A DNA stretch of 64,000 nucleotides from Podarcis vaucheri (lineage: Eukaryota): the NCBI GenBank assembly GCA_965113315.1, contig OZ220370.1, one strand, 5' to 3'. Below, in pieces: positions 36,701-49,629 of this stretch (positions are counted from its first letter, which is position 1; the number at the start of each line of letters is the position of its first letter). The translations under genes were made by a program, and so were the position numbers. The notes beneath the pieces were generated by a model. The model saw only the letters and a program-made list of their open reading frames with translations. It searched no databases and was not told the DNA's origin.

Positions 36701-38148
36701 TCCTGCTTCATCATAATTCCGTAGCCTTATGGCATCTTCAAGCCCTATAAAGGAAGCTACACCTATAGTGAACTGCAATTTTATCTACCCACATAGATTT
36801 AGTGGTAAGATTTTCAAGGATTTGTCTCAATACAGTGATGACATTGAACAAATTGTAAGGCCTTAGAAGTACCTTGGAAAAGAACTAGAACTGCTGCCTT
36901 TTGCTGTCAGGAAGTTGTGAGTAAGCTCAACCATATATGTTTGTGCATGTGTGTGTAATTGCTATACTTAAAAAAAAAAATGGGTGAGACTATCTCAAGA
37001 CCCTACATATAGCACAATCACCTGCACCGTGGATCACAGGTAGTGGTGTGTCCAGCTTTACAGCAGGAAGGGTATGACTGAAAGAGAAAAACCAGTACGA
37101 GAAATGCTGAGCCCTTGCCCCAGCAACAGGTTTTTGTTCTTATTTTTGGCGACCAAAACCAGTTCCCCTAGCCACGTTTCATTTTGGTCTATGAGTTCAG
37201 CTACATGTAATGGATTGTGGGGCTCAAAAGCTAGGGACAATGAGTTCAGCAATCCTCTTTCACCACCTCTCTTTCACTTTAAATATACTGTGCTTTAGAG
37301 TTGCACTGCAGACCCATGTTTGAATGCTCAAGTCTACTGCTACTATATCTAGATAAGGCCTCAAGAACATTTAATTTAAGGAGTTGAAACTATGTGCTGA
37401 ATAAGAAAGATCTTTATTGCTCTGGAATCTAACCACTGAATTCATTACGATGATGCAAATGCTAATAAATTAAGTGCAGCTATGTCCTCATATAAAAACA
37501 GTTTCAGCAGGCAGGATCCAAAGAGGCGTGTGCATGCATGTACAGCACTTCCAAGAGTACCGGGGTGGGGAAGTTGATCTTCCCTTACAACTGCACCACC
37601 TTGTGCTCACTGAATTCTCTCCAGAGTGTGCCCTAACCGTTAGAAGCAGCTGGGAGGAGAGAGAGGGAAAGGAGAGGGATGCACGCAAGGAGCTTCAGTA
37701 GAAAGGGTGGATCAGTAAAGCCCTAGTGCACACGTAGAACATTGCATATGGTCCTCTGGAGCCCAGCCATTTAAATTTGGTTATGCTAGTCCTGGAATAA
37801 ATTTCTGATTAAACCACTCACTGGCTTATTATTTCTAGCTATCTAGATAAGCTAATTCAATTGTGGATGTACAGGCTGAGCAATGCAGACAGGATTTTAA
37901 CATTAATGTTCAAATATTACACTTCTCAAAGACCAGCTGAAAAACTTTTGAGTCACAATGCCTATTTTCAGCTTCAGTATATTATTACTTATTCATATTT
38001 GTTCTTTCACAACTATAGGATGGATGATACAGTTATTAGAAACCATTTAAAATCTACGTTAAAAAACAATACTTTTATATATTTTGTACCATTTTAAAAG
38101 GTGTTCATACTCAAAACAGATTTATGGTAGCCTCTGTTCAGTGCACAC

Positions 38149-38250
38149 CTGGTGATGGAACGAAGAAAAACCTTCAGATTTTGGTCTTAACCAGTTCCAC
38201 TGACATGTCTAGGAGCAAACCAGAATCCAGTGCTTCCCATTTTTGCTGAT
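38149..38250 (-). other. PLAG1: PLAG1 non-coding 5' exon (human exon 3 equivalent), 102 nt, contains a uORF
   Basis: tttgtttttcag|ATCAGCAAAAATGGGAAG...CACCAG|gtgtgc; resembles the recalled human leader ATTGGCCAAAATGGGAAGGATTGGATTC. Confidence 0.8.
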
Positions 38251-40881
38251 CTGAAAAACAAAGCAGAAGGGGCTAGACATTAGTGAAGAGGTTGACTTCA
38301 GAAAACTAGATATCAATGGGAAAGAAAAATAGCCTGTGCTCATACTTTTTATGTTATATAACAATAATTAACAGTAATCATGATCCAGATTTTCTGCATG
38401 CAAAGAACAACATATCTTTTCTCTAGACAGGACTAGAAGACAGCAAGTCAGAAGAGGAGATAAGCTAGAAAGCTAATATAGTCTTCTCCCACCCTTGGTG
38501 CTAAGACAACAGTGTTGCCCAACAGTAAACTCCTCTTTCTGGCTGCATGCAATCTTCTAGTCTTCAGCAGACTAACAGAACCAGGAGCAATTCTGCACAT
38601 AGGATCCAAGTAACTGAATGTGCCCAGAGGAAGAATGTTCTGTGAGACACTGCCATTACATGAGAACCAGGAGGGATGATAAGTCAGATGTAATCAATCT
38701 TCACTACTCTTCTTGTTTGCGTCCTCATTCCCTGTTCTCTTCCTTCCCCTTGATTCACTCACTTGTTTCCAGTCCTTTGCACATGGAATCAGCATGCTTT
38801 ACAATGGTCAATGCATACCAGCTTACCATTACTTTTTCATTTAATGCACGTAACTGATAATGGTGAATTACAAAAGGTAGTAATTCCATAAGCAACGGCA
38901 ATACCATAAGCCAAATAACTCCAAAGATGAGAGTACAAGTGTTTGAGTTCCACTTTGAGGTGTGGGTGCATGCATGCATATGATTTGAATGAAGAAGTAT
39001 CAGTTAGAAGAATAGTTAAGCACTCTTCCCCCATCCTGTCTCTTCACTAATCATACATGTCCCTGAAGTGGGGCTTCCAGTTATGAAAAGGGATAATGGA
39101 CAGCCATTACACGCACTTATCCATAACTTGCTCCATCGTCTGCAAGTATGAATTGCAATATGGATCAAATTCAAATTCTTTTTTTAAAAAATAAGGATCC
39201 ACCTTATTTCTTTAATTTTAAGTACTGTTAAACTGTTTTAATACTGTGTTTTAATTGTTGTAACCTGCCCTGGGACTTTGGGTGAAGGGCTGCTAATAAA
39301 CTGTAGCAATAATAATACAAACAAAACAATTTCTCAATCCATTTACATTAGAGAGAACAAATTGACAAGACAAACAATGTTACTTTTGATGTGTTGGACA
39401 AAGATTAGCTTTAAAATGAAAAGATTACTGTATTAGTTTCTAAGGCCTATTCACATATAACACTAAGCCATGGGTTATATAGGCAAAGTGTGATTTGTTC
39501 AGCCATCCGAAGCATGCCCAGCAGACTAACTATGGTTAGACTAACAAAGCCATGGTTTGTTGTTGGCATATGAATCATGATTTGTTTTTAACTATGGTTT
39601 GTCATTATGTCTAAATCCTGCAGCCTCACCTAACCATGGTTTGTTTGACAACCCCACCTCAGACTCTCACCAAAAATGGTCATCCCACCATAGATACAAT
39701 AATAAAATATAAAACTATAACATGCAATCTAAACAGTTTTAATAGGAAGCAACAAAAAACAGAGCAGACAATGTCTGAGAAATGTTAGAAGTACTAGAAG
39801 AAATAACTTATTTATTTCCACTGGGGATGGGCTAGGAAATTTTAGAATACAATCAAGAAAACAAATCAAAAATATAGTTACTGTTGAATTCACTATTGTT
39901 GTTTACTTTATACAAAAGAGATACTGTTCAACATTTATGCATTGATATTGTGTATGATTGACTCAGGAATAAGTTATGCACACTATTAGAGAGTATTCTC
40001 TCTTCCCACAACTTAAAATAGAATGAAAACAACACTTATCAAAGCGAACACTTCCATTCAGACAGATGTTCCTATTCTAGTTGGCTTCATATAAAAATTG
40101 TTTAATTAGGGTGAACACATGAAGACCAAAATGTAATACTTAGTCCAGTACAATTTTTATTAATTATTTACAAAAAAGTTTCACACATCAGATACAATTT
40201 ATATGTTCAAGTTAGCAATGTATTATTGTTAATACATTGCACATATTTAGTGTACTTAATAATAATGATAGTAATAATAATAACAATTTTAATATTTATA
40301 CCCCGCCCATCTGGTTGGGTTTCCCCACAATGCATCAAAGCCAACATTGAGATAATGGCGAAAGGTCATCAACACACACGTGTCTGTGATAAAAGTCTTG
40401 ATTTTTTTTAGATTTTTGCAGGTGTAGTACTACTATCTGGCACCAGCACAGCCTGCAAAAAGCAATCTCACTGAAGCTACTATTCAGGAGACACCCCAGT
40501 CCTCTGGACAGGCTTTTCAGAGAATCATAGAATTATAGAGTTAGAAGGGATTGTGAAGGTCATTTAGTCCAACTCCTTGCAATGCAGGAATCTTTTGACC
40601 AATGTGGTGTTCAAACCCACAACCCTGAGATTAAGAGTCTCCTCTTCTACCAACTAGCTACAGTAAGGAACTACAGTGAGAAGAGGAAAAAGAAAAACTC
40701 TGTTTTGTGAGGTTCCTCCCACATTTGGTTATCAAGATAAAAACAGTGCCCTTTTCTCTCTCTCAAAATGATAACATTGTAAAATGAAGTGTATAATATC
40801 AAGTTGTGATTTTATATCTAAATAATCATTTCCCTCACCCCAATGACACTTGCACTTTGTTTGGATATAACTTTTAAACTA

Positions 40882-41032
40882 CAGGGGAATCCCCACTTAC
40901 ACGGGGGTTCCGTTCTGGGACGCACACAAGTGGGGATTCACCCATTCTGCCCTGCCCTTTTTTATTGCCATTTTTGGCACGTGTGTCAGCAGGAGCACAC
41001 ATGCTGATTGTACGCAAGTTGGGAGACATCTG
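40882..41032. mobile_element. Degenerate Tigger/mariner-like MITE
   Basis: TA|CAGGGGAATCCCCACTTAC...GCAAGTTGGGAGACATCTG|TA, imperfect TIRs. Confidence 0.55.
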
Positions 41033-42354
41033 TATATTACTGAAGTTGCTTCTTAATCATATATTTCAGTTTAAATTTTTTTGGACATATTTATTAAGGC
41101 ATATTTCTGCAGGTTTTTTTTGTTTTGCTTTTAACAGACTGGATCAAATGCCAGTAAGTTTACAGAACCAGAAGGTTTTCCTGTTCAAAATATTACAAAA
41201 CAACCCACAACACTGGGCATATAAGAGTATGAACAGACTTGTTAGATCAGATGAAGTTCAGTGCAGCTTTGTTTTCAATGGTGAATAGCCAGATGCTTCT
41301 GTTCACAATCAAGACATGAATATGATTCTATTTCCCACCTGCAAGTGTCCCTAGCATCCAGTATGGAGAGTTATACTGTCTCTGAACGTGGGTTTAGATA
41401 TTATGGTTGATAAAAAGTACCTTCAATTCGCAGAGCTGTGGTAGAATACTAAAAAAGATCCATGTAAAGGTGTGGTTAGGGGTAGTTTGACAGGACTGGT
41501 AGGGTTTATAGAATTCCCACTTCTGGGAGGCATCAGCCATCCCTGCTTGTTAACGTGGGAATGCACCTATAATTATAAATGTGAATAAAAGTCAATGTAC
41601 AACCTAACTAAGAGCTCGTCCACTTGTTCTGTGTCTAAAAAAAATGGGGCCGGTCTGAGTGGTATTCTGCTGGTCCCGTGCTTTCTAGGCCTGGGCCTGA
41701 ATGGCTATGTGTTTGCCCCCCCAGCCTTCGCCTAGGAAAGACACTCTTGACTGCTGAATAGGAAAAAAAAAAAACAATCCACAGAAAACCCAATTGCAAT
41801 TTGGCCTGATTCAGTGGTAAACTGGGGGTTTCTCTGGGGAAAAGCAGCGGGACAAATGGAGGTGTGGATGAGACCCTAAAAGGCATCATGATATGACGCG
41901 TCATGCTTGGACGAAGGAGACCAGAATCCTAAATCAGTTCTGTAGTCCATTTAAAGAATGAAATATTGTGCCCATTTTTCAGTCAAACACACCTGACCAG
42001 ATTTTTGTAAGCATAAAAGGAATAATCCTCAGGAATACCGGATTACATATGTAATAAAAGATTGTTAAAGCAAAAACATAAAAAATAATTTTTAAAAAAC
42101 CTTCACCCACCTTTCAAGCCAGACATGTAAATAACCACTTGCCTAGATATGTAGCAGCTCACAGGCAAGTGGGAACTCAGAACTCTTGATCTGCAGTACA
42201 TCCACATCTCGTGTCTAGCCCTTTAAAAATAAAATAAAATTCCATCGCAGACGGCTGAGGAAACTTTACACTTTGCAGGTATCAGAACCCAAAAATGCCT
42301 TTTACCAGTTCTGTCTGGTTCACCAGCTACAGCTTTTCTTGCACAGTGATAAAT

Positions 42355-42797
42355 AATAATAATTTATTACTTATACCCCTCCCATCTGGCTAGGTTTCCC
42401 CAGCTACTCTGGGCAGCTTCCAACAAAATATTAAAAATACAATAAAACATCAGACATTAAAAACTTCCCTAAACAGGGTTGCCTTCAGATGTCTTCTAAA
42501 AGTCAGATAGTTGTTTATTTCCTTGGCATCTAGTGGGAGGGCGTTCCACAGGGCGAGTGCTACTACCAAGAAGGCCCTCTACCTGGTTCCCTATAACTTT
42601 GTAGTGAGGGAACACCCAGAAGGCCCTCGGTGCTGGACCTTGAACGATGGGGGTGGAGATGCTCCTTCAGGAATACTGGGCTGAGGCCATTCAGGGCTTT
42701 AAAAGTCAGCACCAACACTTTGAATTGTGATCAGAAACGTACTGGGAGCCAATTTAGATCTTTCAGGACCGGTGTTATGTGGTCTCGGCAGCCACTG
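42355..42797 (-). mobile_element. L2-type LINE 3' end
   Basis: Reverse complement of the 16657-16797 tail plus ORF2 C-terminal remnant (..QFKVLVLTFKALNGLSPVFLKEHL..). Confidence 0.8.
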
Positions 42798-42822
42798 CTG
42801 TTATATGTGTTGGTAACCTAAA

Positions 42823-42935
42823 ACTACGAACATGAGTTTGACCAAACTGCGGAAGGCAGTGGAAGACAGGAGCGCCTGGAGTGCTCTGGTCCATGGGGTC
42901 ACGAAGAGTTGGACATGACTAAACAACTAAACAAC
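42823..42935 (+). mobile_element. Bov-B 3' fragment nested in an older L2 piece
   Basis: Matches 6250-6345; TSD AACCTAAA at 42815-42822 and 42936-42943; flanks rejoin as LVT.RLDYCNAFYMGL. Confidence 0.85.
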
Positions 42936-43374
42936 AACCTAAAGGCTGGATTACTGTAATGCATTCTATATGGGGCTTTGGAAGTTCCTGATTTGGAAGC
43001 CCATACAGATAGGGGTGCATGGCCGACACCGTGACACCACTGTTAAAACATTTTCACTAGCTACCCATTTACTACTACGTCATGTTCATTGATTCGCAAA
43101 GCCCTGAAAAACTTGAGAGATCCAGGGTACCTTATATTTCAGCTCAATCACTGAGTTCATCTGCAAGAGCATTGTTAGTCATCTCCAAAAGCTGGTAAAG
43201 CTCACCTGACAGCAATAAGAAATTGCACTGACACAGTTCTAGAATGCTCTGCCAATAAAGATTCAGCAGACATCTTCTATTTTAATTTTTACATTTCCAC
43301 TGAAAAGCCCCCTGCTTTCTTTTGCAAATAGCACTGCCACTTTATCTTTTTTGTACCTAATGGAGACCTGGTAA

Positions 43375-43737
43375 AGGTAAAGGTAAAGGTACCCCTGCCC
43401 GAACGGGCCAGTCTTGACAGACTCTGGGGTTTGTGCGCCCATCTCACATCTATTGGCCGGGGGCCAGCGCTGTCCGAAGACACTTCCGGGTCACGTGGCC
43501 AGCGTGACAACGCTGCTCTGGCGAGCCAGAGCCGCACACGGAACGCCGTTTACCTTCCCGCTGGTAAGCGGTACCTATTTATCTACTTGCCCCCGGGGGT
43601 GCTTTCGAACTGCTATGTGGGCAGGCGCTGGGACAGAGCAGCGGGAGCGCACCCCGCCGCGGGGATTCGAACCACCGACCTTTCGATCGGCAAGCCTTAG
43701 GCGTTGAGGCTTTAGCCCACAGCGCCACCCGCGTCCC
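43375..43737 (-). mobile_element. Sauria SINE, full length, CpG-rich subfamily
   Basis: A box, B box GGTTCGAATCC, (ACCTTT)n tail; perfect 13-bp TSD GGAGACCTGGTAA at 43362-43374 and 43738-43750. Confidence 0.92.
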
Positions 43738-43931
43738 GGAGACCTGGTAATTGACCACAAAAATGCAACAACATGTACGCTAAAGTTCACAACTTACACA
43801 CTTTTAACTTGTGTGCATTCAGCTTTCCATACTTGGCAAAAAAAAATAAAGAATAAATACCAAGGGGGTGGATATCCAGAAAAGACTTTGGCAATGCCAC
43901 CTGTCATTGAATGTGATGTGTTCTGACTATA

Positions 43932-44133
43932 CAGGCAGTGACCATTTTAGGAATGTCCAATATGTGTGTGACTGCGCATGCACACATCACGCCAAACTCA
44001 AAGTGACCCAAAAGTCACAAAAAGGAGTAGAATAGGGAGTTTGCAGGCTTTTTAAATGGGTGTTCTGACTATACACAATTTCACGTAAGCGTGCAGTACC
44101 TCAGAAAATAACCCCTGCACAGGTCACTGCCTG
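43932..44133. mobile_element. Tc1/mariner/Tigger-like MITE
   Basis: Perfect 12-bp TIR CAGGCAGTGACC / GGTCACTGCCTG, TA on both sides. Confidence 0.75.
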
Positions 44134-47109
44134 TATTTAAAATGTAATTGAACTTAAAGGAACCCAATGTTGTAAATTAAGATTTATAAGCAAAAGTAAT
44201 AAACTGGTTTGAGAAATATAACTGATTGATCGATAAGAATGATTGTTAGGTGCTTCAAAGCCTATTTAGTTAGCTTGTCAGCTACAAAGTTTCAGCATAG
44301 CTGATCACAGATAAAAATTACCTTAACAATCTAGTGTTAGGAAATATAGAAGTTAACATGTGAGAAACCTGCTTAGGAACTGTAGGAAAAGGTCTGGTAC
44401 ATGTGGGACATCTGTGTGCAGATCGGTGTCCCTATGGGCTAAATATTAACCATTTTTAAACGTCAATCTCTGTAGAAAAACAAATTCTGAGTACCCGTAT
44501 CAGTCAGTGCCTGTAATGCTGGGATAATATTCCATAGGTTAAAAGAATTCTAACATCAACTAGTACATTGCAACAATGAGCATGCTATATATACCTCATT
44601 CTAAATAAGTATTTGGTCGTGCCACTTCTGGACTTCTTGCTATGCCCATGCCACCTCCTTTCTTAAGGTTCTGGGAGTAAAGAGGGAGTGTCTAAGTTTT
44701 AGATGCGTTTGGTTACTGAAGAAGCAGGCAAATTTCTTTGGGGCTAGGAATTTGGGCAGGTCTACTGTGACACTGGGTTCTTTGGGGTCTGCAACTGGTA
44801 GTGGCAACATTGCTTGCCCACTGGTGGGTGGAGGGAGTCCTGCCCTTTTTGCAGTGAACATAACAATTTGTGCACCCAGATGCTCCCCCAAGTTGCTGTA
44901 TGGCTAAAAGAGTGCGGCTAGAAGGGGGCCAGTTATGAGAATCATAGAGGAAGCAGCATTGTTATTTGCATGTCAAGGTCCAGCAAGGAGACCTTATAGA
45001 AGGGGACCTGATGAAGAGTGTGTGTAGCAAGTAAGCACATATCCACAGGTGACACTATTGGGGCAAGGTAGGTACAGTGCACTTAAGTTCTCAGGATGCT
45101 GAGTCATAATGTGAGTGGAGTTCATGGGCAGAGGTGGTACAGTTCATTCAATTTCCATGGGAGAACTCTTCATACAGACTTCAGAGCAGGGCATCTGCTA
45201 CTTGCAAAGCCATATTCTTTGCAAAGTGTCACACTCCTCCATGCTTTGGGCCATCTCAGGTATTTGCATGTTCCCTGCTTCTTTCTTCCAGGGCTCACAT
45301 GCTCACTTTGCCCTACTCTGCACATGCAAACCCCATGAGACTCTCAGAGGACACCGCTACCACTGGTCTACATGTAGCTGATCGTTGGATCAGAAGAGGG
45401 AAACCCACTTAAAGAATTGAAAAACTGACCCTAAAGAAGGCAAATTGCTGAAAACAGAACCCTGGATGACCGCAGCGGAAAGCAGAAGTGTAAGTGATAA
45501 CAGAAAAGAAGTACAGAAATAAACAGCACTCAGGTGGGTGGGTGAAAAAAGAGAATGGTGGCCAATAGCATCAGAGGCTAGTTATAAATCAATAATGGGG
45601 AAAGGTGTCAAATGTCATAGGGAGCACTCACCCTCATGGCATAGCTATCTTAATTTCTCCGGCTTTACCACTGTGTGTGAAATAATTTCCTCTGATTTAG
45701 AATGCAAACTCTTGTCTCTGTTTTAGCACAGAGCAGAAATCTCCACTTGTCACTGCCACCAGTCTCTGTGATTACTAACTCAGATCAGGCATACCCTGGG
45801 TCAATAGACCAATTCCTATACAGAAAACCAAGATCCTTTTACATGAGATGGAATATAAAGTCAAATGACTGAACCAGCACCACACTTAAAAGTTTTATAC
45901 CATTAGATACTATTACATCTTCATGATCCCAAATAATCTTTCTGACTGCTTACTGTCCCCACAGAGCTTCAGCATAAAGTAACTGGACAATATAATGCGA
46001 TCTCCAGCTGTGCTTTTAGTTGGCCAACCAAATGACAAATATAGTGGTTTAGTGTGAAATTCCTTTTGATGGATGAGTTTTGGCAGGTAAGCTGTTCCAT
46101 TCAATAGGCTTCCTCTCAAAAAACCCACAATGCGTTTAATTTGCAGGGGAATTGTACAGCTCTATTTTAAAAACTGGTGCACATAAAAGTAAATATGGTA
46201 TCAAGCCCATATTTTCTATGGATGTGTCGTCACAACTGTCAAATAATTTGCAATTAGCAGAAAGGTATGTGATTTTATTTTACCCCCGATGTTTTATACA
46301 TTCCCTGCAGAATGCAAGTTCAAATACATTTTAAAAAGATACTGATGCTTACTTAATATTTGCATCCATAGATCAGAATCAGTTATGCTAGGATGGTATA
46401 GCCTTCAGTTTCAGGAAAGAGCCATGGTGCTTATACATTCACTCAAGCGTGGAAATAGATATGACACCTGATGAGTGCCATACCCCATAGTTGCTTTTGA
46501 CTGGACTTAACCATCCAGGGGTCCTTTACCTTAATTCCATACTACGTAAGTACTACACTTTCCTACAGTCTCATATTGTGCTTACATACAGCTCAGTATT
46601 TATGCATCCACATTTTCCCTTGATCTGTGAGCAGACTAGATCTGCAGGTCAAAGTAACCTAATGAACTAATCCAGAGGCTGAAAATCAACTAAAATTATG
46701 GCAGCTGCTATCCTATATACCCCGGGCTCTCACTTTTTCACACAAGCACAATACTACATTAAAATAATGTGGTATAAGTTTATTGAAAGAAGCTTGTGGG
46801 AGTTAGATTTTAAGAACTCCTAAAATGTACATGTGTGCTAATAATCTAAAAAGCAGTACCACAGATAATACAGAAAACTGCAGTGCTTTTCTTTCAGAAG
46901 ACTCAATAACAGTGCCAGGAGAATTGTCAAACGTGGTATTTCATTCAACTTGTAATTTTAATTAGATAATCCTCACAAGTTATACTATTGCTAGGGAAGT
47001 GGCAAAGAAATCTTAACTAACAGTTCCTACTTTTAAAAACACTGGGTGGAATGCAGCTAGTGTCTCAGCAGAGGAACCCTTTAATGGTTTAATTAAAGCA
47101 AGAAACTGC

Positions 47110-47880
47110 TAGGAGCTCCAAAATGTTCTCTCCAATCTGGAAGAATGGGAATTAAAATGGCAAGTGCAATTCAGTTTAAGTGTAAGGTGATACAAAATTC
47201 CTAACTTATATATGCTAATGACATCTGAATTGCTGGCAACTGATCAGGAATGAGACTTTGGAATGAAGTTGCCAAACCAGTGTTCAGTCGTTATGAAAAA
47301 GGGTGAATTCCACCTTGGAGATAATTAGGAAAGGGACTGCTAATATCACAGTCTATGGTACAACTACACTTGGAATACTATATACAGTTCACCTCAAAAA
47401 AGATATTGTAGAGTTGGAAAGGTTACAGATAGGAGCAACCAAAATGATCAAGGATCTAGAACTACTAACAAAAGGTATAAAGGTGAGTAAATAGGGACAT
47501 AATAGAAGTATACAGATTTATGTATGTTGTGGAGAAAGCGGACAGGGAGAAAGACCCTCTCTTTCATAGTATCTAAGGCCATCCAATGAAGGTGAATGTT
47601 AGAAGATTCAGGACAGATGAAAGAATGCATGCACTTCTTCACACAGCGCACAAGATGCAGTGATGTCTTTTAAATATTAAGCACATTCATGGAGTATCAA
47701 CAGCTACTAGCCCTGATGGCTATTTACTGCCTCCAGAGGCAGAGGAAACATGCCCTGAATACCTGTTGGTAGGGAGCTTAAGTGGTGAGTCCCACTGCAC
47801 TCAGGTCATGCTTGCAGGCTTCCCTTGGCATCTCATTGACCACTACAAGAACAGGGCGCTGGATCTGATATGCCTCAGGT
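47110..47880 (+). mobile_element. Decayed CR1 LINE 3' end
   Basis: HLKKDIVELERLQIGATKMIKDLE remnant; same 3'UTR as 8672-9140. Confidence 0.8.
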
Positions 47881-49629
47881 CTCTTACATTCTTCTATTTA
47901 ATCACTATTGGTATTATCAGACTAAGTCACAGTCGGAGTAGAGCTATTGAAAACAACTGGCTTTAGTTATGATGAACTTAAATCCATTGATTTCAACAGG
48001 TCCATTTTAAGTATGACTTATTCTTATATCCCCTATTTCTCAAAACTTACAAATACACACGGGAAGCAACACCACTTACCATTCCATAAGCAATCCTGAG
48101 ACCTCAGATCATTTCAGCTCCTCCTTTTCTGGAACTGCTTCCATCCCAGCCAGGTTGGGTTTTAATTTAAGTTTTTTGGTGGGGAGGGGGAACTCTTAAG
48201 ATGAAGGCGTCCTTCGGTTTGCTTTTTTACCCTCTTTCTCATCCCCCTTCTGTGCTACATTTTCAAGACTGTAAGCCTGAATTTTTTTATTGATCTGTAA
48301 GCTCTTTTGGCTGAATATCTGGTTTTAAAGATGCTTTAAAGAAGAAATAAATATTAGAGAACAACACTAGGGAGGATGACAACCAGCAGCTATCCAGGCA
48401 CAAAGCATGGCAAGCATCAGATGTTGACACCACCACTCTCAATGAAGCAATTATGGGAAGTAATGCACAAAAGTATTGCCATAAATAAGTTGACTGTAAT
48501 TTGTTTATTGAGCTAACTACAGTATCTACAGTAGATACTTCTGTAAGATGTTATGGTGCCTACATGCCAAACAAGGTATCTGGTCTGCAAGGTCCTTTGA
48601 TACCCCAAACTACTATCACACTTTCTTTCCATCACCCACCTAGAGATTTATAAACACCACTAGTCAAAGAGTTAATCTACATTTCACCACTCCCCACCCC
48701 CATCCCATTGTTGTTACTTTTCAAGGTAAGTGGTGAACTGTAAGCAATAAGAAAAAACTTGGCTTTTGTTAACATGCCCACATTTGTTGTAGCCTCTAAA
48801 AAAACAGCAAAGTGGTACACAGTCATAAATAAAAATAAAGCCATCTTTAAAAAAAAAGAGATTTTAAAATTAACAGAACTAGGCAATATTCCATACAAAA
48901 TCAAGGATACATAGCAGTTTTCAGACATCAGTAAACACTCTCAATAAAAATTTAGCCCACCAAGAGAAATCTAACAGAGATGAGGACAGGTATACCTTAG
49001 CTGGCAAAGTGTTCCACTACGTGGGCATCACTGTGGAGAAGGTGCAGCCTCATGCCCTTGCAGCACTCACATCTGTAAAAGACAGGGCATGGAGGTGCTT
49101 TTAGCACTTGCTATTCATATCAGCAAGTTCCAAGTGTGCATTTTGCTTAAATGGTACAAGCTTATCAAAGCAACTAAATAGGCAACTGTCTTGGCAGCTG
49201 TTTTAGAAGCCTTGAGCATATGCTTCGTTGGCAGAAACTATTTTGCAAGTTATGTTAATCACAAACTTTTGTAATCAAGTACCAACCCCAGTCAGATACT
49301 AGCCCACAAAATGTTGAAATATTATCAGATTGCAAACTAATAGAACCATTTTAACATTCTGTGAGCTAGTTTATTCCATTATTGAGAGGTCAGTGGCAAA
49401 CATTATCTGACTTGAATTGGTCCATCAACAAACTATGAAGCACAAATTAAATTCCTGTATATTTTGTATGTGTAAGACAGGATGGTGATCAAATGGTGAA
49501 ACAGCTGGACTTCAGCTGCTCTGCAAAACTCCAATCAACTATCTTATTTGAACCATATAGTCTCAGTAGCACTTGGCAAATTCACAGTGCTTGGCAAATT
49601 TAGAGACAGAGCTATGAAATATTCTGTAA

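Noticed and set aside
45008-45040. CTGATGAAG hammerhead-like core (also CTGATGA at ~30520 and ~46468)
   Set aside because: No helix II followed by GAAA; at best degenerate.
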